The position numbers were made by a program, and so were the translations under genes. From an uncultured Bacteroidales bacterium (GTDB lineage Bacteria; Bacteroidota; Bacteroidia; Bacteroidales; JALTDM01): a DNA stretch of 56,470 nt. The stretch is taken from contig CAYQWX010000001.1 of NCBI GenBank assembly GCA_964421355.1, positions 1 through 56,470 on the forward strand, given 5' to 3'. Below, in pieces: positions 1 through 9,721 of the stretch. Within the stretch, counting starts at the first letter, position 1, and each line of letters begins with the position of its first letter. The notes beneath the pieces are model-generated. The model saw nothing but the letters and a program-made list of their open reading frames with translations, ran no database searches and was not told where the DNA came from.

Positions 1-104
1 TAGCCAGTGGCGTGTATATCATTTATATAGATGCTCCGGGGCTTGGCGAGAAAGTATTAAAGTGGTTTGGTGCTATGCGTCCGGTAGATTTGATAGGACA
101 TTGA
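1..104 (+). CDS. 3' end of a T9SS type-A sorting-domain protein (partial, runs off the left edge)
   Basis: Manual translation from base 3 gives ASGVYIIYIDAPGLGEKVLKWFGAMRPVDLIGH* (TGA at 102-104). The 'SGVYII..K..K' pattern is typical of T9SS C-terminal domains. Not in the ORF track. Confidence 0.7.
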   Translation, partial: ASGVYIIYIDAPGLGEKVLKWFGAMRPVDLIGH

Positions 105-197
105 GATAATCTAAAGTGTGATAGTAAACATTGTACTTTTAACTTGTGCTTTTGATGAGGATTATAAAATAGCCACTCTATTACTATGTAAAAGTAT

Positions 198-902
198 TTA
201 TGTTATTTTTCTTAATAAATCTTCAAAAAAGAATATAATTGTTGCTATGGAAAATATAAGGAAAAAAGCAAGGATTTCATTTTTTTTCAAAGAAGATATT
301 TTTTGGATATTTATTAAAGAAGGATAAATTTCTATGATGCCGTTTTTAGTTTTACATTTAGTAATTTTTTGTTTGGTATAAAAAATTTGTCCGTATATAT
401 ATACGGGATTTATTGTATATATTATTTGTTGGTTTGAATTTCCTTCCACAATCTTTTTCTTATAAAAAGATTGTAATGAGTCTGATAAGTTTTTATATAG
501 ATATGTATTGTATTTGCATGTTTTTTTAATTTGTTTTTGAGAGTAAGGATTATTTAATAATTTTGATTTTATTTCTGTAATTGTTTGGGGTAAGATTGAA
601 GTGTCGGGAGTAATTATTTTTACTAAAATGAATTGGGACAATATAGATGTATCTTTTTGTATTTCATATGAATTATTTTTGTAGTTGAAAAGTTTTAATT
701 TTATTAAGTCATTTAAGTCTGATTTTGAGAAAAATGATGAATATATAGGAATATCTATTTCATATTTAGGTTTGTAAGTGATGACTAATATTGCTCCTAC
801 TATTATGTAAAATATTAGAGTTATTATGTATTTTTTGAAATGTCTTCTGAAAAATTTTATTGTCATTACCAGTAATTCTATAAGGCTTATTTCTTGTCCC
901 AT
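198..902 (-). CDS. Wzz/chain-length-determinant-like membrane protein
   Basis: N-terminal EISLIELL...FFRR followed by a TM helix, a soluble region and a C-terminal TM helix; lies downstream of an O-antigen ligase-like gene. Confidence 0.5.
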   Translation of the reverse strand: MGQEISLIELLVMTIKFFRRHFKKYIITLIFYIIVGAILVITYKPKYEIDIPIYSSFFSKSDLNDLIKLKLFNYKNNSYEIQKDTSILSQFILVKIITPDTSILPQTITEIKSKLLNNPYSQKQIKKTCKYNTYLYKNLSDSLQSFYKKKIVEGNSNQQIIYTINPVYIYGQIFYTKQKITKCKTKNGIIEIYPSLINIQKISSLKKNEILAFFLIFSIATIIFFFEDLLRKIT

Positions 903-910
903 ATCTCAAA

Positions 911-2086
911 TTATTTATCAGGTAAATATTTGTTAAATATTGTCATAAAAAAAGCAAAAGACAACACTCCCATTTGAGTATTTAACATGCTTTCTGCTAA
1001 AAAATTCAATGCAAATATAATTGTTATTATTCCAAGTATCCAATTTTTGTAAAGATAAGCATTGACTAAGGATAATATTAATGATAGTACTAAAAAAGAA
1101 GTTCCCAGTATTCCTACGCTTACTAAAGATTCCAAGTATTGATTGTGGGCATTTAATTTTTTTTGATAAGGATGTGTATATCTGTGTTGTTTGTAATATG
1201 ACATAAGTTTATCTTTTGTGTCTCCTGTCCCCACTCCTATATATATGTTATTTTTCCAGATATTATAAGCACTATTCCAAGTAAGTATTCTGGATGATGT
1301 GCTTGAAATTTTATTTTCAGGGTTTTTCAGAGTTTCTTTATAATGGTTTATGCTGTATATCATTTCTTTAAAACGAAAATTATTTTTTAGAAAAAGTAAT
1401 GATCCCAAAGAAAAAACAAGTACTAAAATAATTTTATATTTGGGAATAATGATGTATAAAACAAATAAGAGTAATAGTCCTGAAACAATTAAGCCTGCCT
1501 TAGACATGGCAAAAAAGAGGTTTATATAAATGATAATAATAGAAATTATAAGAGTTTTTAAGGATAAATGATTTTTTTTGTATAAAAAAACACCTAAAAT
1601 AAGGGCGATATCCAGTAATATTGAGTAATATGTGGGGTGTAAAAATAAAACAAAATTAGATTCCGAATAGTAATATAAAACGTATTGTTTTAATGTTATG
1701 AACAGGTATATTAAATGGAATAAATGAACTGTGTTTATTATAATTGTGCCATATACAAAAGATTTTGCAAAGGATATGAATGTTTGCTTATCAACATTAA
1801 AAAAAAGATAAAAGACGGGTATTATTAAGAGAGAGAGCTTTACTTGCAAATCGAATAATCCTGCATTTGTATTTTTTGACCAAAAAAGGCTTGTCAATGT
1901 TGTTAGATAGTATAGTATAATTGCAAATAAAGGGATATTTTTTATGTTGAGAATTGTTATTTGTTTCTGTTTTTCTTTTAAGAATATTACAAAAAAGTAA
2001 GTAGCTATTACAGAATATAGCATATTAAAATATATGAGAGTAGAAGCTATTGTAAAAGTTATTTTATTTTTGAATATTTTATCCAC
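911..2086 (-). CDS. O-antigen ligase/Wzy_C family protein
   Basis: Polytopic; motifs HPTYYS, SKAG, STSSRILTW, GVGTGD and NAHNQYLE..GILG. Confidence 0.85.
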   Translation of the reverse strand: MDKIFKNKITFTIASTLIYFNMLYSVIATYFFVIFLKEKQKQITILNIKNIPLFAIILYYLTTLTSLFWSKNTNAGLFDLQVKLSLLIIPVFYLFFNVDKQTFISFAKSFVYGTIIINTVHLFHLIYLFITLKQYVLYYYSESNFVLFLHPTYYSILLDIALILGVFLYKKNHLSLKTLIISIIIIYINLFFAMSKAGLIVSGLLLLFVLYIIIPKYKIILVLVFSLGSLLFLKNNFRFKEMIYSINHYKETLKNPENKISSTSSRILTWNSAYNIWKNNIYIGVGTGDTKDKLMSYYKQHRYTHPYQKKLNAHNQYLESLVSVGILGTSFLVLSLILSLVNAYLYKNWILGIITIIFALNFLAESMLNTQMGVLSFAFFMTIFNKYLPDK

Positions 2087-2108
2087 AGTGTAGGCGGTTA
2101 TAATAATA

Positions 2109-2138
2109 AAAAAAGACTGTCTACAGACAGCCTTTTTT
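2109..2138 (-). terminator. Intrinsic terminator
   Basis: Inverted repeat aaaaaagactgtct-ac-agacagcctttttt just downstream of the 93-aa lipoprotein gene. Confidence 0.8.
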
Positions 2139-2167
2139 ATTTTTCCTTAAAAGAAAAAGAACTTTAA

Positions 2168-2449
2168 TTATTCAGCACTTTCTTCACCTGCATTTTCTTT
2201 ATTTGCAGTTGAGTCAGTAGCAGCATTTTCTTTAGTAGCAGTTGAATCAGTAGCTACGTTTTCAGTAGCAGTTGAATCAGAAGTTTCTTCTACAGCTTCA
2301 TTAGCTTCGTTAGCTTCATTTTCAACAGCTTCGGTTTTAGTAGTGTCTTGGTTTTCAGCATTTTCTGTGTTCCCGTTTCCGCCACAAGAATACAATGCTG
2401 TGAAACCTGCTACAGCAAATACCATTAATGCTAATCTTACTTTTTTCAT
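2168..2449 (-). CDS. Small acidic low-complexity lipoprotein
   Basis: MKK plus hydrophobic stretch plus lipobox LYSC; mature part rich in E/N/A/T/S/D; has its own promoter and terminator. Confidence 0.8.
   Translation of the reverse strand: MKKVRLALMVFAVAGFTALYSCGGNGNTENAENQDTTKTEAVENEANEANEAVEETSDSTATENVATDSTATKENAATDSTANKENAGEESAE
2193..2320. repeat. Intragenic tandem repeats (about 33 bp x 2.7 and 9 bp x 3)
   Basis: Units start at 2193, 2226 and 2259 (ttttc...gcagttgaRtcag); agcttcRtt x3 at 2294-2320. Confidence 0.8.
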
Positions 2450-2481
2450 TGTGTTTTGGGTTTTTTAGTTAAATTTCGTTG

Positions 2482-2489
2482 CAAAGTTA
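2482..2489 (-). promoter_or_regulatory. Bacteroidota -7 promoter element (TAACTTTG)
   Basis: TAnnTTTG consensus about 33 bp upstream of the lipoprotein start. Confidence 0.65.
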
Positions 2490-2594
2490 TACTTTTTTTT
2501 GAAAAACAAATGATATTGACTAAAAAAAATGAAAAAGCATTCAAAGATAGCTTGTTATTATAAAATAAATCAAGCCTAATACAAACTTTTTTAT

Positions 2595-2602
2595 TATCTT
2601 TG
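2595..2602 (+). promoter_or_regulatory. Bacteroidota -7 promoter element (TATCTTTG)
   Basis: TAnnTTTG 25 bp upstream of the ATG at 2628. Confidence 0.65.
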
Positions 2603-2627
2603 CAAAAAATAAAAGAATGATAAAGGT

Positions 2628-3476
2628 ATGAAGAAAAAGTCAAGAGAATTTATTAAAGTCCTTTTTATCTCACAAGAAATATCTCCTTTTGTAAAAGAAA
2701 CTACACGATCTCTTTTAGGTCATATGTTACCCCGCAAAGTACAAGAAAAAGGTGGAGAGGTCAGGATTTTTATGCCTTCTTATGGAATGATAAATGAACG
2801 GAAAAATCAACTGCATGAGGTTATAAGGTTGTCAGGAACTAATATTGGTGTGGGGAATGATAATGATAATCCATTGATTATAAAAGTGTCTTCTATTCCT
2901 TTGGCTCGCATGCAAGTGTATTTTATAGATAACGAAGATTATTTTGTAGATAGATTGATGCTTGCCGATGAAAAAGGTAATTTTTATAAAGATAATGATG
3001 AGCGTGCAATATTTTTTACTAAGGGAGTGTTAGAAACAGTAAAAAAAATGCGTTGGGTTCCCGATATAATTCATATAAGTGGTTGGATTTCTCATTTGTT
3101 CCCATTATATGTAAAATATGTTTACAAGGATGAGCCTTATTTTCAGAATGCTAAAGTGGTGTATTCTTTATACAATGAAACTTTTGATGGAGAATTAAAC
3201 AAAAAGTATAAAGATAAATTGAAATCAGATGATATTCCAGGTTCTGTGTTGAAAATATTAAATCCGCCTAATTATTTAAATTCTATTAAGTTGGCATTGA
3301 ATTTTTCGGATGGAGTTTCATTTGTGGAAGATAATATTGATGATGAAATTGTTAAGTATATTAAAAAATTAAAACTCCCTTCACTAGGAGTGGTAAATGT
3401 AGATCAAGAAGATTATGTGGAAAGATACCTTAATTTTTATAAAGAATTACTTCCTCAAAAATATGTTGAAGTATAA
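2628..3476 (+). CDS. Glycogen/starch synthase N-terminal (Glyco_transf_5) domain protein
   Basis: Motifs KVLFISQEISPF, EVRIFMP.YG, DNDERAIFF.KG and PDIIH; only the N-terminal GT-B domain is present. Confidence 0.85.
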   Translation: MKKKSREFIKVLFISQEISPFVKETTRSLLGHMLPRKVQEKGGEVRIFMPSYGMINERKNQLHEVIRLSGTNIGVGNDNDNPLIIKVSSIPLARMQVYFIDNEDYFVDRLMLADEKGNFYKDNDERAIFFTKGVLETVKKMRWVPDIIHISGWISHLFPLYVKYVYKDEPYFQNAKVVYSLYNETFDGELNKKYKDKLKSDDIPGSVLKILNPPNYLNSIKLALNFSDGVSFVEDNIDDEIVKYIKKLKLPSLGVVNVDQEDYVERYLNFYKELLPQKYVEV

Positions 3477-4698
3477 AGTTTTATTTGCAGGATTTTTAGG
3501 AGTATTGTTGATAATATCTTGCACGAGGGAGGATAATGACTTAGGCCTTTCAGTTTATAATGGAAATGTATTAAATGTGAATGTGGGAGAGGTAACACCT
3601 TTATTTTCTTATTACACTTTGAGAGATTCCGTGACTACTGACGAACGTTCAAAGGTGTTGCTTGGTAGTTATAACGATCCTGTTTTTGGCTTGATAAAGG
3701 CTGATTTTGCTTCACAATTCATCTTAAATTCATATAATCCTAATTTTGGACACAATCCTCAAACAGATTCTATTTTTCTTATGATGAAATGTGTTGGTTA
3801 TTATGGAACAGACACTTCTGTTGCTCAGACTTATAAGGTGTATAGATTAAATGCTCCGCTTAATAAAGATACCGCTTATTATGCTAATACGGATATAAGT
3901 GATTTTGTTGATTTGTCTTCTCCTATAGCGGAATATACAACTTCATTTAATCCTAATAGTGGATATTTAAAAATACCTCTTCCTTCTTCTCTGGGAGACG
4001 AACTTCTTGCCGATACTGCATATAATAGTAATGAAGATTTTCTTTCAACATTTTATGGACTTTTTGTTACCACGGAAGAAGTGACGGGAGACGGTGCTGT
4101 ATATTATTTTTCTCCGTTGGCAGAAGACGGTATAATTATAGATATGTATTTTCATAATGATTCTTTAGATTCATTGAACTATAAATATTACTCTTCACAA
4201 AAAGCGGCATATTTTACCCGTTATAAACATGATTATACAGGCACAGATGTAGAAACTAATATGAATGATACAGGAAGTACGTATTTGTATGTGCAAAGTG
4301 GTGCAGGTGCTGTGGGAGTTGTTGATTTATCCTCCTTAAATATGTGGAAGGATAGTGGAAATTTAGGCATAAACAAAGCAGAATTGATTTTTGAGGTAGA
4401 TACTTCTTTGTGTGGAGCGTTAGACCCTCCCGAACGACTTTTATTGGAAATTGTGGATGATAATAATGAGTTTAATGCACCTTTAGACTATTTTTTAAGT
4501 AATGTTTATTTTGATGGATATTATAATAAAGAAGCAGGGATTTACAAGTTTACAATAACTCAATATGTGCAACAATTATTAAAAGAAAGTAGTCAAAATA
4601 CAAAGCTTTATGTTTTTCCACAATCAAATAAAGTATCTGTTAGACGGGTTGTATTAAAAAACAATCCAAAACTAAAATTAGTTTATACTAAATTCTAA
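3463..4698 (+). CDS. DUF4270 family lipoprotein
   Basis: Lipobox IISC after a probable start at 3463; LLGSYNDPVFG motif; sits between the GT5-domain gene and glmS, as is usual in Bacteroidota. Confidence 0.8.
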   Translation: MLKYKVLFAGFLGVLLIISCTREDNDLGLSVYNGNVLNVNVGEVTPLFSYYTLRDSVTTDERSKVLLGSYNDPVFGLIKADFASQFILNSYNPNFGHNPQTDSIFLMMKCVGYYGTDTSVAQTYKVYRLNAPLNKDTAYYANTDISDFVDLSSPIAEYTTSFNPNSGYLKIPLPSSLGDELLADTAYNSNEDFLSTFYGLFVTTEEVTGDGAVYYFSPLAEDGIIIDMYFHNDSLDSLNYKYYSSQKAAYFTRYKHDYTGTDVETNMNDTGSTYLYVQSGAGAVGVVDLSSLNMWKDSGNLGINKAELIFEVDTSLCGALDPPERLLLEIVDDNNEFNAPLDYFLSNVYFDGYYNKEAGIYKFTITQYVQQLLKESSQNTKLYVFPQSNKVSVRRVVLKNNPKLKLVYTKF

Positions 4699-4709
4699 AA
4701 TCAAAACTT

Positions 4710-6563
4710 ATGTGTGGTATTGTAGGTTATATAGGTGAAAAAGATGCTTATCCAATATTGATAAAAGGTCTTAAACGATTAGAATACAGAGGTTATGATT
4801 CTGCTGGTATAGCACTGGTTGATGGTAGGTTGAAAATTTATAAGAAAAAGGGGAAAGTGTCTGATTTAGAGAAGTTTGTAGAAGGAGAAGATGTTTCCGG
4901 TTCTATCGGAATTGCACATACAAGGTGGGCCACTCATGGAGAGCCAAGTGATGCTAATGCTCATCCTCATACTTCTATGAAAGGTAAATTTGTTATTATA
5001 CATAATGGAATAATAGAAAATTACTCCCGTCTTAAAAAAAGATTGGAAGATAGAGGATATAAATTCAGAACTGATACAGATACGGAAGTATTGGCAAATC
5101 TTATAGAGTATATTTATTTAAAAGCAAGAGAAGGTAATAGAAAAATAAATGTGGCAGAAGCGGTAATGTTGGCTATGCGTAAAGTAATAGGAACTTATGG
5201 TGTGTTGGTGTTAAGTGAAGATGATCCTGATCAAATAATTGCAGCTCGTAATGGTAGTCCCTTAGTAATAGGTATAGGAAAAAATGAGTATTTCTTTGCC
5301 TCTGATGCAACTCCTATTGTGGAATATACCAAGAGTGTCATATATATGAATGATGGAGATTTTGCAATAGTTAGCAAAAAAGGGGGGTTTTCGCTTAAAA
5401 CTATTTCTAATGAGCCGGTAAATCCTGCAGTGGAAAAACTTGATATAGACATTGCTGCAATTGAAAAAGGTGGATATGACCATTTTATGCTAAAAGAAAT
5501 ATTTGAACAACCACAGGCGATTAATGATACATTTAGAGGGAGATTGTCTTCTGCGCTGGATAATATTGTACTTGGAGGATTACATTCTGTAATGGATAAA
5601 TTGGTAAATGCAAAAAGAATAATAATAGTTGGTTGTGGTACTTCTTGGCATGCAGGTCTTGTGGGAGAATACTTGATTGAAGAATATGCTCGTATTCCGG
5701 TAGAAGTGGAATATGGCTCGGAATTTAGATATCGTAATCCTATTTTGACTGATGAAGATATTGTGATAGCTATTAGTCAGAGCGGAGAAACAGCAGACAC
5801 ATTAGCTGCTGTACGTTTGGCAAAGGAAAGAGGTGCTACTGTGTTGGGAATATGTAATGTTGTGGGCTCAAGTATTCCTAGAGAAACTGATGCAGGAGTT
5901 TATACTCATGCAGGTCCTGAAATAGGTGTTGCATCTACCAAAGCTTTTACTTCCCAAGTGACAGTGCTTACAATGTTAGCTTATTTGCTTGGATATAAAA
6001 AAGGTGTCATTTCTCAAAATAATTTTAAGATTCTTTTGAAAGAACTTAATTTCATTCCGAATAAAATAACTGAAGTTCTTAAAGTAAATGATTATATATT
6101 AGATGTTGCTAGAAAATTTATTGAGACTACAAATTTCTTATATTTGGGGAGAGGAGTACTTTTCCCTGTAGCTCTTGAAGGAGCTCTTAAACTTAAAGAA
6201 ATATCTTATATACATGCCGAAGGCTATCCTGCGGCAGAGATGAAGCATGGTCCCATTGCTCTTATAGACGAAAATATGCCTGTGGTAGTTATTGCCACAA
6301 AAGACAAATCTTATGAAAAGATTGTAAGCAATATACAAGAAATAAAAGCCCGTAATGGCATTGTAATAGCAGTAGTAACCAAGGGAGATGAAACAATATC
6401 GTCAATGGCAGATTACAAAATTGAGGTGGAAGAAGTGCATGAATCATTGGCTCCGTTGCTTACGGTAGTGCCATTACAACTTTTGGCTTATCATGTTGCA
6501 GTGCTTAGAGGCTGTAATGTAGATCAACCACGTAATCTAGCAAAATCAGTTACAGTAGAGTAA
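4710..6563 (+). CDS. glmS: Glutamine--fructose-6-phosphate aminotransferase
   Basis: Motifs MCGIVGY, RGYDSAG, HTRWATHG, SQSGET and the terminal PRNLAKSVTVE. Confidence 0.98.
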   Translation: MCGIVGYIGEKDAYPILIKGLKRLEYRGYDSAGIALVDGRLKIYKKKGKVSDLEKFVEGEDVSGSIGIAHTRWATHGEPSDANAHPHTSMKGKFVIIHNGIIENYSRLKKRLEDRGYKFRTDTDTEVLANLIEYIYLKAREGNRKINVAEAVMLAMRKVIGTYGVLVLSEDDPDQIIAARNGSPLVIGIGKNEYFFASDATPIVEYTKSVIYMNDGDFAIVSKKGGFSLKTISNEPVNPAVEKLDIDIAAIEKGGYDHFMLKEIFEQPQAINDTFRGRLSSALDNIVLGGLHSVMDKLVNAKRIIIVGCGTSWHAGLVGEYLIEEYARIPVEVEYGSEFRYRNPILTDEDIVIAISQSGETADTLAAVRLAKERGATVLGICNVVGSSIPRETDAGVYTHAGPEIGVASTKAFTSQVTVLTMLAYLLGYKKGVISQNNFKILLKELNFIPNKITEVLKVNDYILDVARKFIETTNFLYLGRGVLFPVALEGALKLKEISYIHAEGYPAAEMKHGPIALIDENMPVVVIATKDKSYEKIVSNIQEIKARNGIVIAVVTKGDETISSMADYKIEVEEVHESLAPLLTVVPLQLLAYHVAVLRGCNVDQPRNLAKSVTVE

Positions 6564-6582
6564 AAAAGTAAAAGTAATACTT

Positions 6583-7266
6583 GTGAATGTTTATTTGATA
6601 GTGGTAGCTGGGGGTGTGGGAGCACGAATGCAGTCCTCTGTCCCTAAGCAATTTATGCAAATAGATGGTAAGCCTATAATTGTGCATACTATTAAGCGTT
6701 TTACCAGTGCGGTTGATTTGTTAAAAGTTGTTGTAGTTATAAATGCTTCTTATAAAGAGTTGTGGGAAGAAATACCTAAAAAATATAATTTAGATATACA
6801 CAAAGTGGTAAATGGAGGAGAGGAACGGTTTTTTTCGGTACGTAATGCTTTACTTAGCATTGATGATTATAGTGATGATGATATTGTATTGATACACGAT
6901 GCCGTTAGACCATTGGTAAGTAGTGATGTTATATTAAATGTGATACAAACAGCAAATAATAAAGGTTGTGCTATTCCTGTATATAAGGTAAGTGATTCTG
7001 TAAGGGAGATAAGCGGTGATAAGTCTAAAATAGTTGATAGATCTAATTTGTATTTGATTCAAACTCCGCAGGGATTTAATTTGTCAAAACTAAAAAAAGC
7101 CTATAATAAAGAATATTCTTCTTATTTTACGGATGATGCCAGCGTGTATGAAAATGCGGGATTTCAATTATATTTTGTAGAAGGAAATCGGGAAAATATA
7201 AAAATTACTTATCCTCAAGATTTTGTTATGGCAAAATGTATTTTAAAAGATGTGGAGGCATTATAA
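6583..7266 (+). CDS. ispD: 2-C-methyl-D-erythritol 4-phosphate cytidylyltransferase
   Basis: Motifs AGGVGARM...PKQF, LIHDAVRP, QTPQGF, TDDASV and NIKIT; GTG start. Confidence 0.9.
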   Translation: MNVYLIVVAGGVGARMQSSVPKQFMQIDGKPIIVHTIKRFTSAVDLLKVVVVINASYKELWEEIPKKYNLDIHKVVNGGEERFFSVRNALLSIDDYSDDDIVLIHDAVRPLVSSDVILNVIQTANNKGCAIPVYKVSDSVREISGDKSKIVDRSNLYLIQTPQGFNLSKLKKAYNKEYSSYFTDDASVYENAGFQLYFVEGNRENIKITYPQDFVMAKCILKDVEAL

Positions 7267-7282
7267 CCCCCATTCCTTTTAA

Positions 7283-8485
7283 TTAAATTTCTAACTTTAT
7301 ATCAAACATTTCATGCCAAGGCAGTCCGTATTTATTGAGCATATCCATAAATGGATCCGGGTTAAATTGTTCTACATTATATACTCCCGGTTTTTTCCAT
7401 ATATTTTTCATAAACAGGGCTGCTCCTATTGTGGCAGGTACTCCTGTTGTATAATTTACGCACTGTGTGCCTGTTTCTTTGTATGCGGCTTGGTGGTCAC
7501 AGTTATTGTAAATGTAATAAGTGTGTTCTTTTTCGTCTTTTAGTCCTTTAATTCTACAACCGATGGATGTTTGTCCCGTATAATTTACTCCTAAACTTCC
7601 AGGGTCGGGAAGTACGGCTTTTAGAAATTCCAAAGGAGCAATCTCACAATCTCCTACTTTTATTGGTTCGATAGAAGTCATTCCCACATTTTGTAAAACT
7701 CTTAAGTGAGTTAAGTATTCTTCCCCAAAGGTCATCCAAAATCTAGCTCTTTTTATGGTTGGAAAGTTTTTCACAAGAGATTCCAACTCTTCGTGATACA
7801 TTAAATATGATTCTCTTGGTCCGATTTCTGGATAATTTAACGGTTTGTGTATAGATAATGGGTCTGTTTCTATCCATTTACCATTTTCCCAATATTTACC
7901 TTTTTGTGTTATTTCTCTTATATTTATTTCAGGATTAAAATTGGTGGCAAAAGGCTTGCCATGGTCTCCTGCATTACAATCAACAATGTCCAAATAATGT
8001 ATTTCATCAAAATGGTGTTTTGCAGCATAAGCTGTAAAAATACTTGTAACTCCAGGGTCAAAGCCACAACCGAGTATTGCAGTTATACCTTTTTCCTTAA
8101 ATTTGTTATGGTATGCCCATTGCCATTTGTATTCAAATTTTGGAGTGTCTTTTGGTTCGTAATTTGCGGTGTCTAAATAGCTTACTCCTGTTTCTAAGCA
8201 AGCATCCATTATTGGTAAGTCTTGGTATGGTAGAGCTACATTTAATACCAAGTCAGGTTTAAATTTATTTATTAGTTCTACAGTTTGTTTAACATTATCA
8301 GCATCTACTTGTGCAGTTTGAATAGATTTGCCGTATTTTTCTTTTATTTCGTTAGCTATTTTGTCGCATTTTTCCTTTGTGCGGCTTGCTAACATTATTT
8401 CATTAAAAATTTCTGGCATTTGAGCGGCTTTGTGAGTTACTACTTTTCCTACTCCACCTGCACCTATAATTAACAGTCTTCCCAT
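7283..8485 (-). CDS. Saccharopine dehydrogenase family protein (carboxy(nor)spermidine dehydrogenase/synthase)
   Basis: Motifs GAGGVG, NVALPYQDL, YLDTANYE, GCGFDPG and FATNFNPEINIRE. Confidence 0.9.
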   Translation of the reverse strand: MGRLLIIGAGGVGKVVTHKAAQMPEIFNEIMLASRTKEKCDKIANEIKEKYGKSIQTAQVDADNVKQTVELINKFKPDLVLNVALPYQDLPIMDACLETGVSYLDTANYEPKDTPKFEYKWQWAYHNKFKEKGITAILGCGFDPGVTSIFTAYAAKHHFDEIHYLDIVDCNAGDHGKPFATNFNPEINIREITQKGKYWENGKWIETDPLSIHKPLNYPEIGPRESYLMYHEELESLVKNFPTIKRARFWMTFGEEYLTHLRVLQNVGMTSIEPIKVGDCEIAPLEFLKAVLPDPGSLGVNYTGQTSIGCRIKGLKDEKEHTYYIYNNCDHQAAYKETGTQCVNYTTGVPATIGAALFMKNIWKKPGVYNVEQFNPDPFMDMLNKYGLPWHEMFDIKLEI

Positions 8486-8500
8486 TTTATAAGTGTTTTT

Positions 8501-9550
8501 TTAGTTTTGTCCCATTATTTTGAATAATTCGTCTAATTTAGGAGTTAAAATAATTTCCGTTCTTCTATTTTTGGCTCGTGCTTCTTTTGTTTTAGCAGGA
8601 TCTACAGGCATAAATTCTCCATGACCTGCGGCTGTAAGTCGTTTAGGGTCTATATTGGAGTTTGCAAGTATGTATTTTACTACGGATGTTGCCCGTTTAG
8701 TACTTAAATCCCAATTGTCTTCTATGCCTCCTGACCCTTTGTATGGCACATCGTCTGTATGTCCTACTACCATTATGTTTATGTCAGGATTTTCTTCCAA
8801 TACTTTTGCTAATTTTTTTAATGCTTCTTTCCCTCGTGGGTCAATATCCCATCTACCTGACTTGAATAATAATTTTTCTTGCAAAGACACATATACTTTC
8901 CCATTTTTTATTTTTACATCCAGTCCTTGATTTTTGAATCCTAACAAAGCGTCCGCTACTGTTTTTCTTAATGCTTCCACTATGGAGTCTTTTTGATTTA
9001 ATATTTTTTGAAGTTCTACCAGTTTTTGATTTTTTTCTGTAAGAATACTATCTTTTTTTGTGAGTTCTGCATTTTTTCTGTCAATCTCTGATTTTAAAGC
9101 TTCTAAATGTTTTTTCTTTTGGTTAAGTCTTTTTTCCAATTCTTTTAGAGCGTCTTCTTTGGCTTGTAATTCATCTTTTGATTTTTGAAGGTCTGCAAGT
9201 AGCTTGCGTATTTCTTCCGTGTCTTGCATGTTTCTAAGGTTTTGTTTTTTAAGCAATTCATTGTTGAGTGCATTTATTTTATCGTATTGCTTAGTTAGTG
9301 TTCTAAGGCTGGTGTTTAACACTGTTGTATCTCTAACTAATCCATCTTTTTCTTTTGTTAATAATTTTACTTGTGCAGAAAGCTCTTTTATTTTTATAGT
9401 ATCTTTACGTAATTGATTTTTGCAAGCATCCAAGTTATTCTCACACTTTGCTTGTTTATCTTTTACTTCTAAGTATTTTCGTTGTGGAACACAAGAGACG
9501 ATTGCCGTTCCAATTACTATTAAAGATATAAATAATGTTTTTCTTTTCAT
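8501..9550 (-). CDS. OmpA/MotB-family lipoprotein with long coiled coil
   Basis: Lipobox IVSC, coiled-coil region, then GHTD, NWDLSTKRA and KNRRTEI. The ATG at 9550 is preferred because a promoter element lies at 9587-9594. Confidence 0.88.
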   Translation of the reverse strand: MKRKTLFISLIVIGTAIVSCVPQRKYLEVKDKQAKCENNLDACKNQLRKDTIKIKELSAQVKLLTKEKDGLVRDTTVLNTSLRTLTKQYDKINALNNELLKKQNLRNMQDTEEIRKLLADLQKSKDELQAKEDALKELEKRLNQKKKHLEALKSEIDRKNAELTKKDSILTEKNQKLVELQKILNQKDSIVEALRKTVADALLGFKNQGLDVKIKNGKVYVSLQEKLLFKSGRWDIDPRGKEALKKLAKVLEENPDINIMVVGHTDDVPYKGSGGIEDNWDLSTKRATSVVKYILANSNIDPKRLTAAGHGEFMPVDPAKTKEARAKNRRTEIILTPKLDELFKIMGQN

Positions 9551-9586
9551 GACTTTTTGGAGTTTTTGTTTAAATAACTTATAGGA

Positions 9587-9594
9587 CAAAGTTA
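9587..9594 (-). promoter_or_regulatory. Bacteroidota -7 promoter element (TAACTTTG)
   Basis: Consensus match upstream of the OmpA/MotB gene. Confidence 0.6.
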
Positions 9595-9687
9595 AGGAAA
9601 AATTTTTGTTCAAAAGTTTATTGGTAAATTAGAGTTTATTTTAATTTTATGGATATTGATTGTAATAATGTTGTATCAAACAATAAC

Positions 9688-9719
9688 AAAAAGGAAGAGG
9701 AAGAATCCTCTTCCTTTTT
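9688..9719 (-). terminator. Intrinsic terminator
   Basis: aaaaaggaagagga-agaa-tcctcttccttttt immediately after the stop of the beta-barrel gene. Confidence 0.88.
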
Positions 9720-9721
9720 AT

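Noticed and set aside
118-327. 69-aa plus-strand ORF
   Set aside because: Antisense overlap with the Wzz-like gene, GTG start and no recognisable motif.
2193-2320. Possible CRISPR-like repeats
   Set aside because: In-frame coding tandem repeats with no spacers and no cas genes.
8501-9550. Flagellar motor MotB
   Set aside because: Lipoprotein signal, no TM Asp motif and no motA; this is the common Bacteroidota OmpA-like family.
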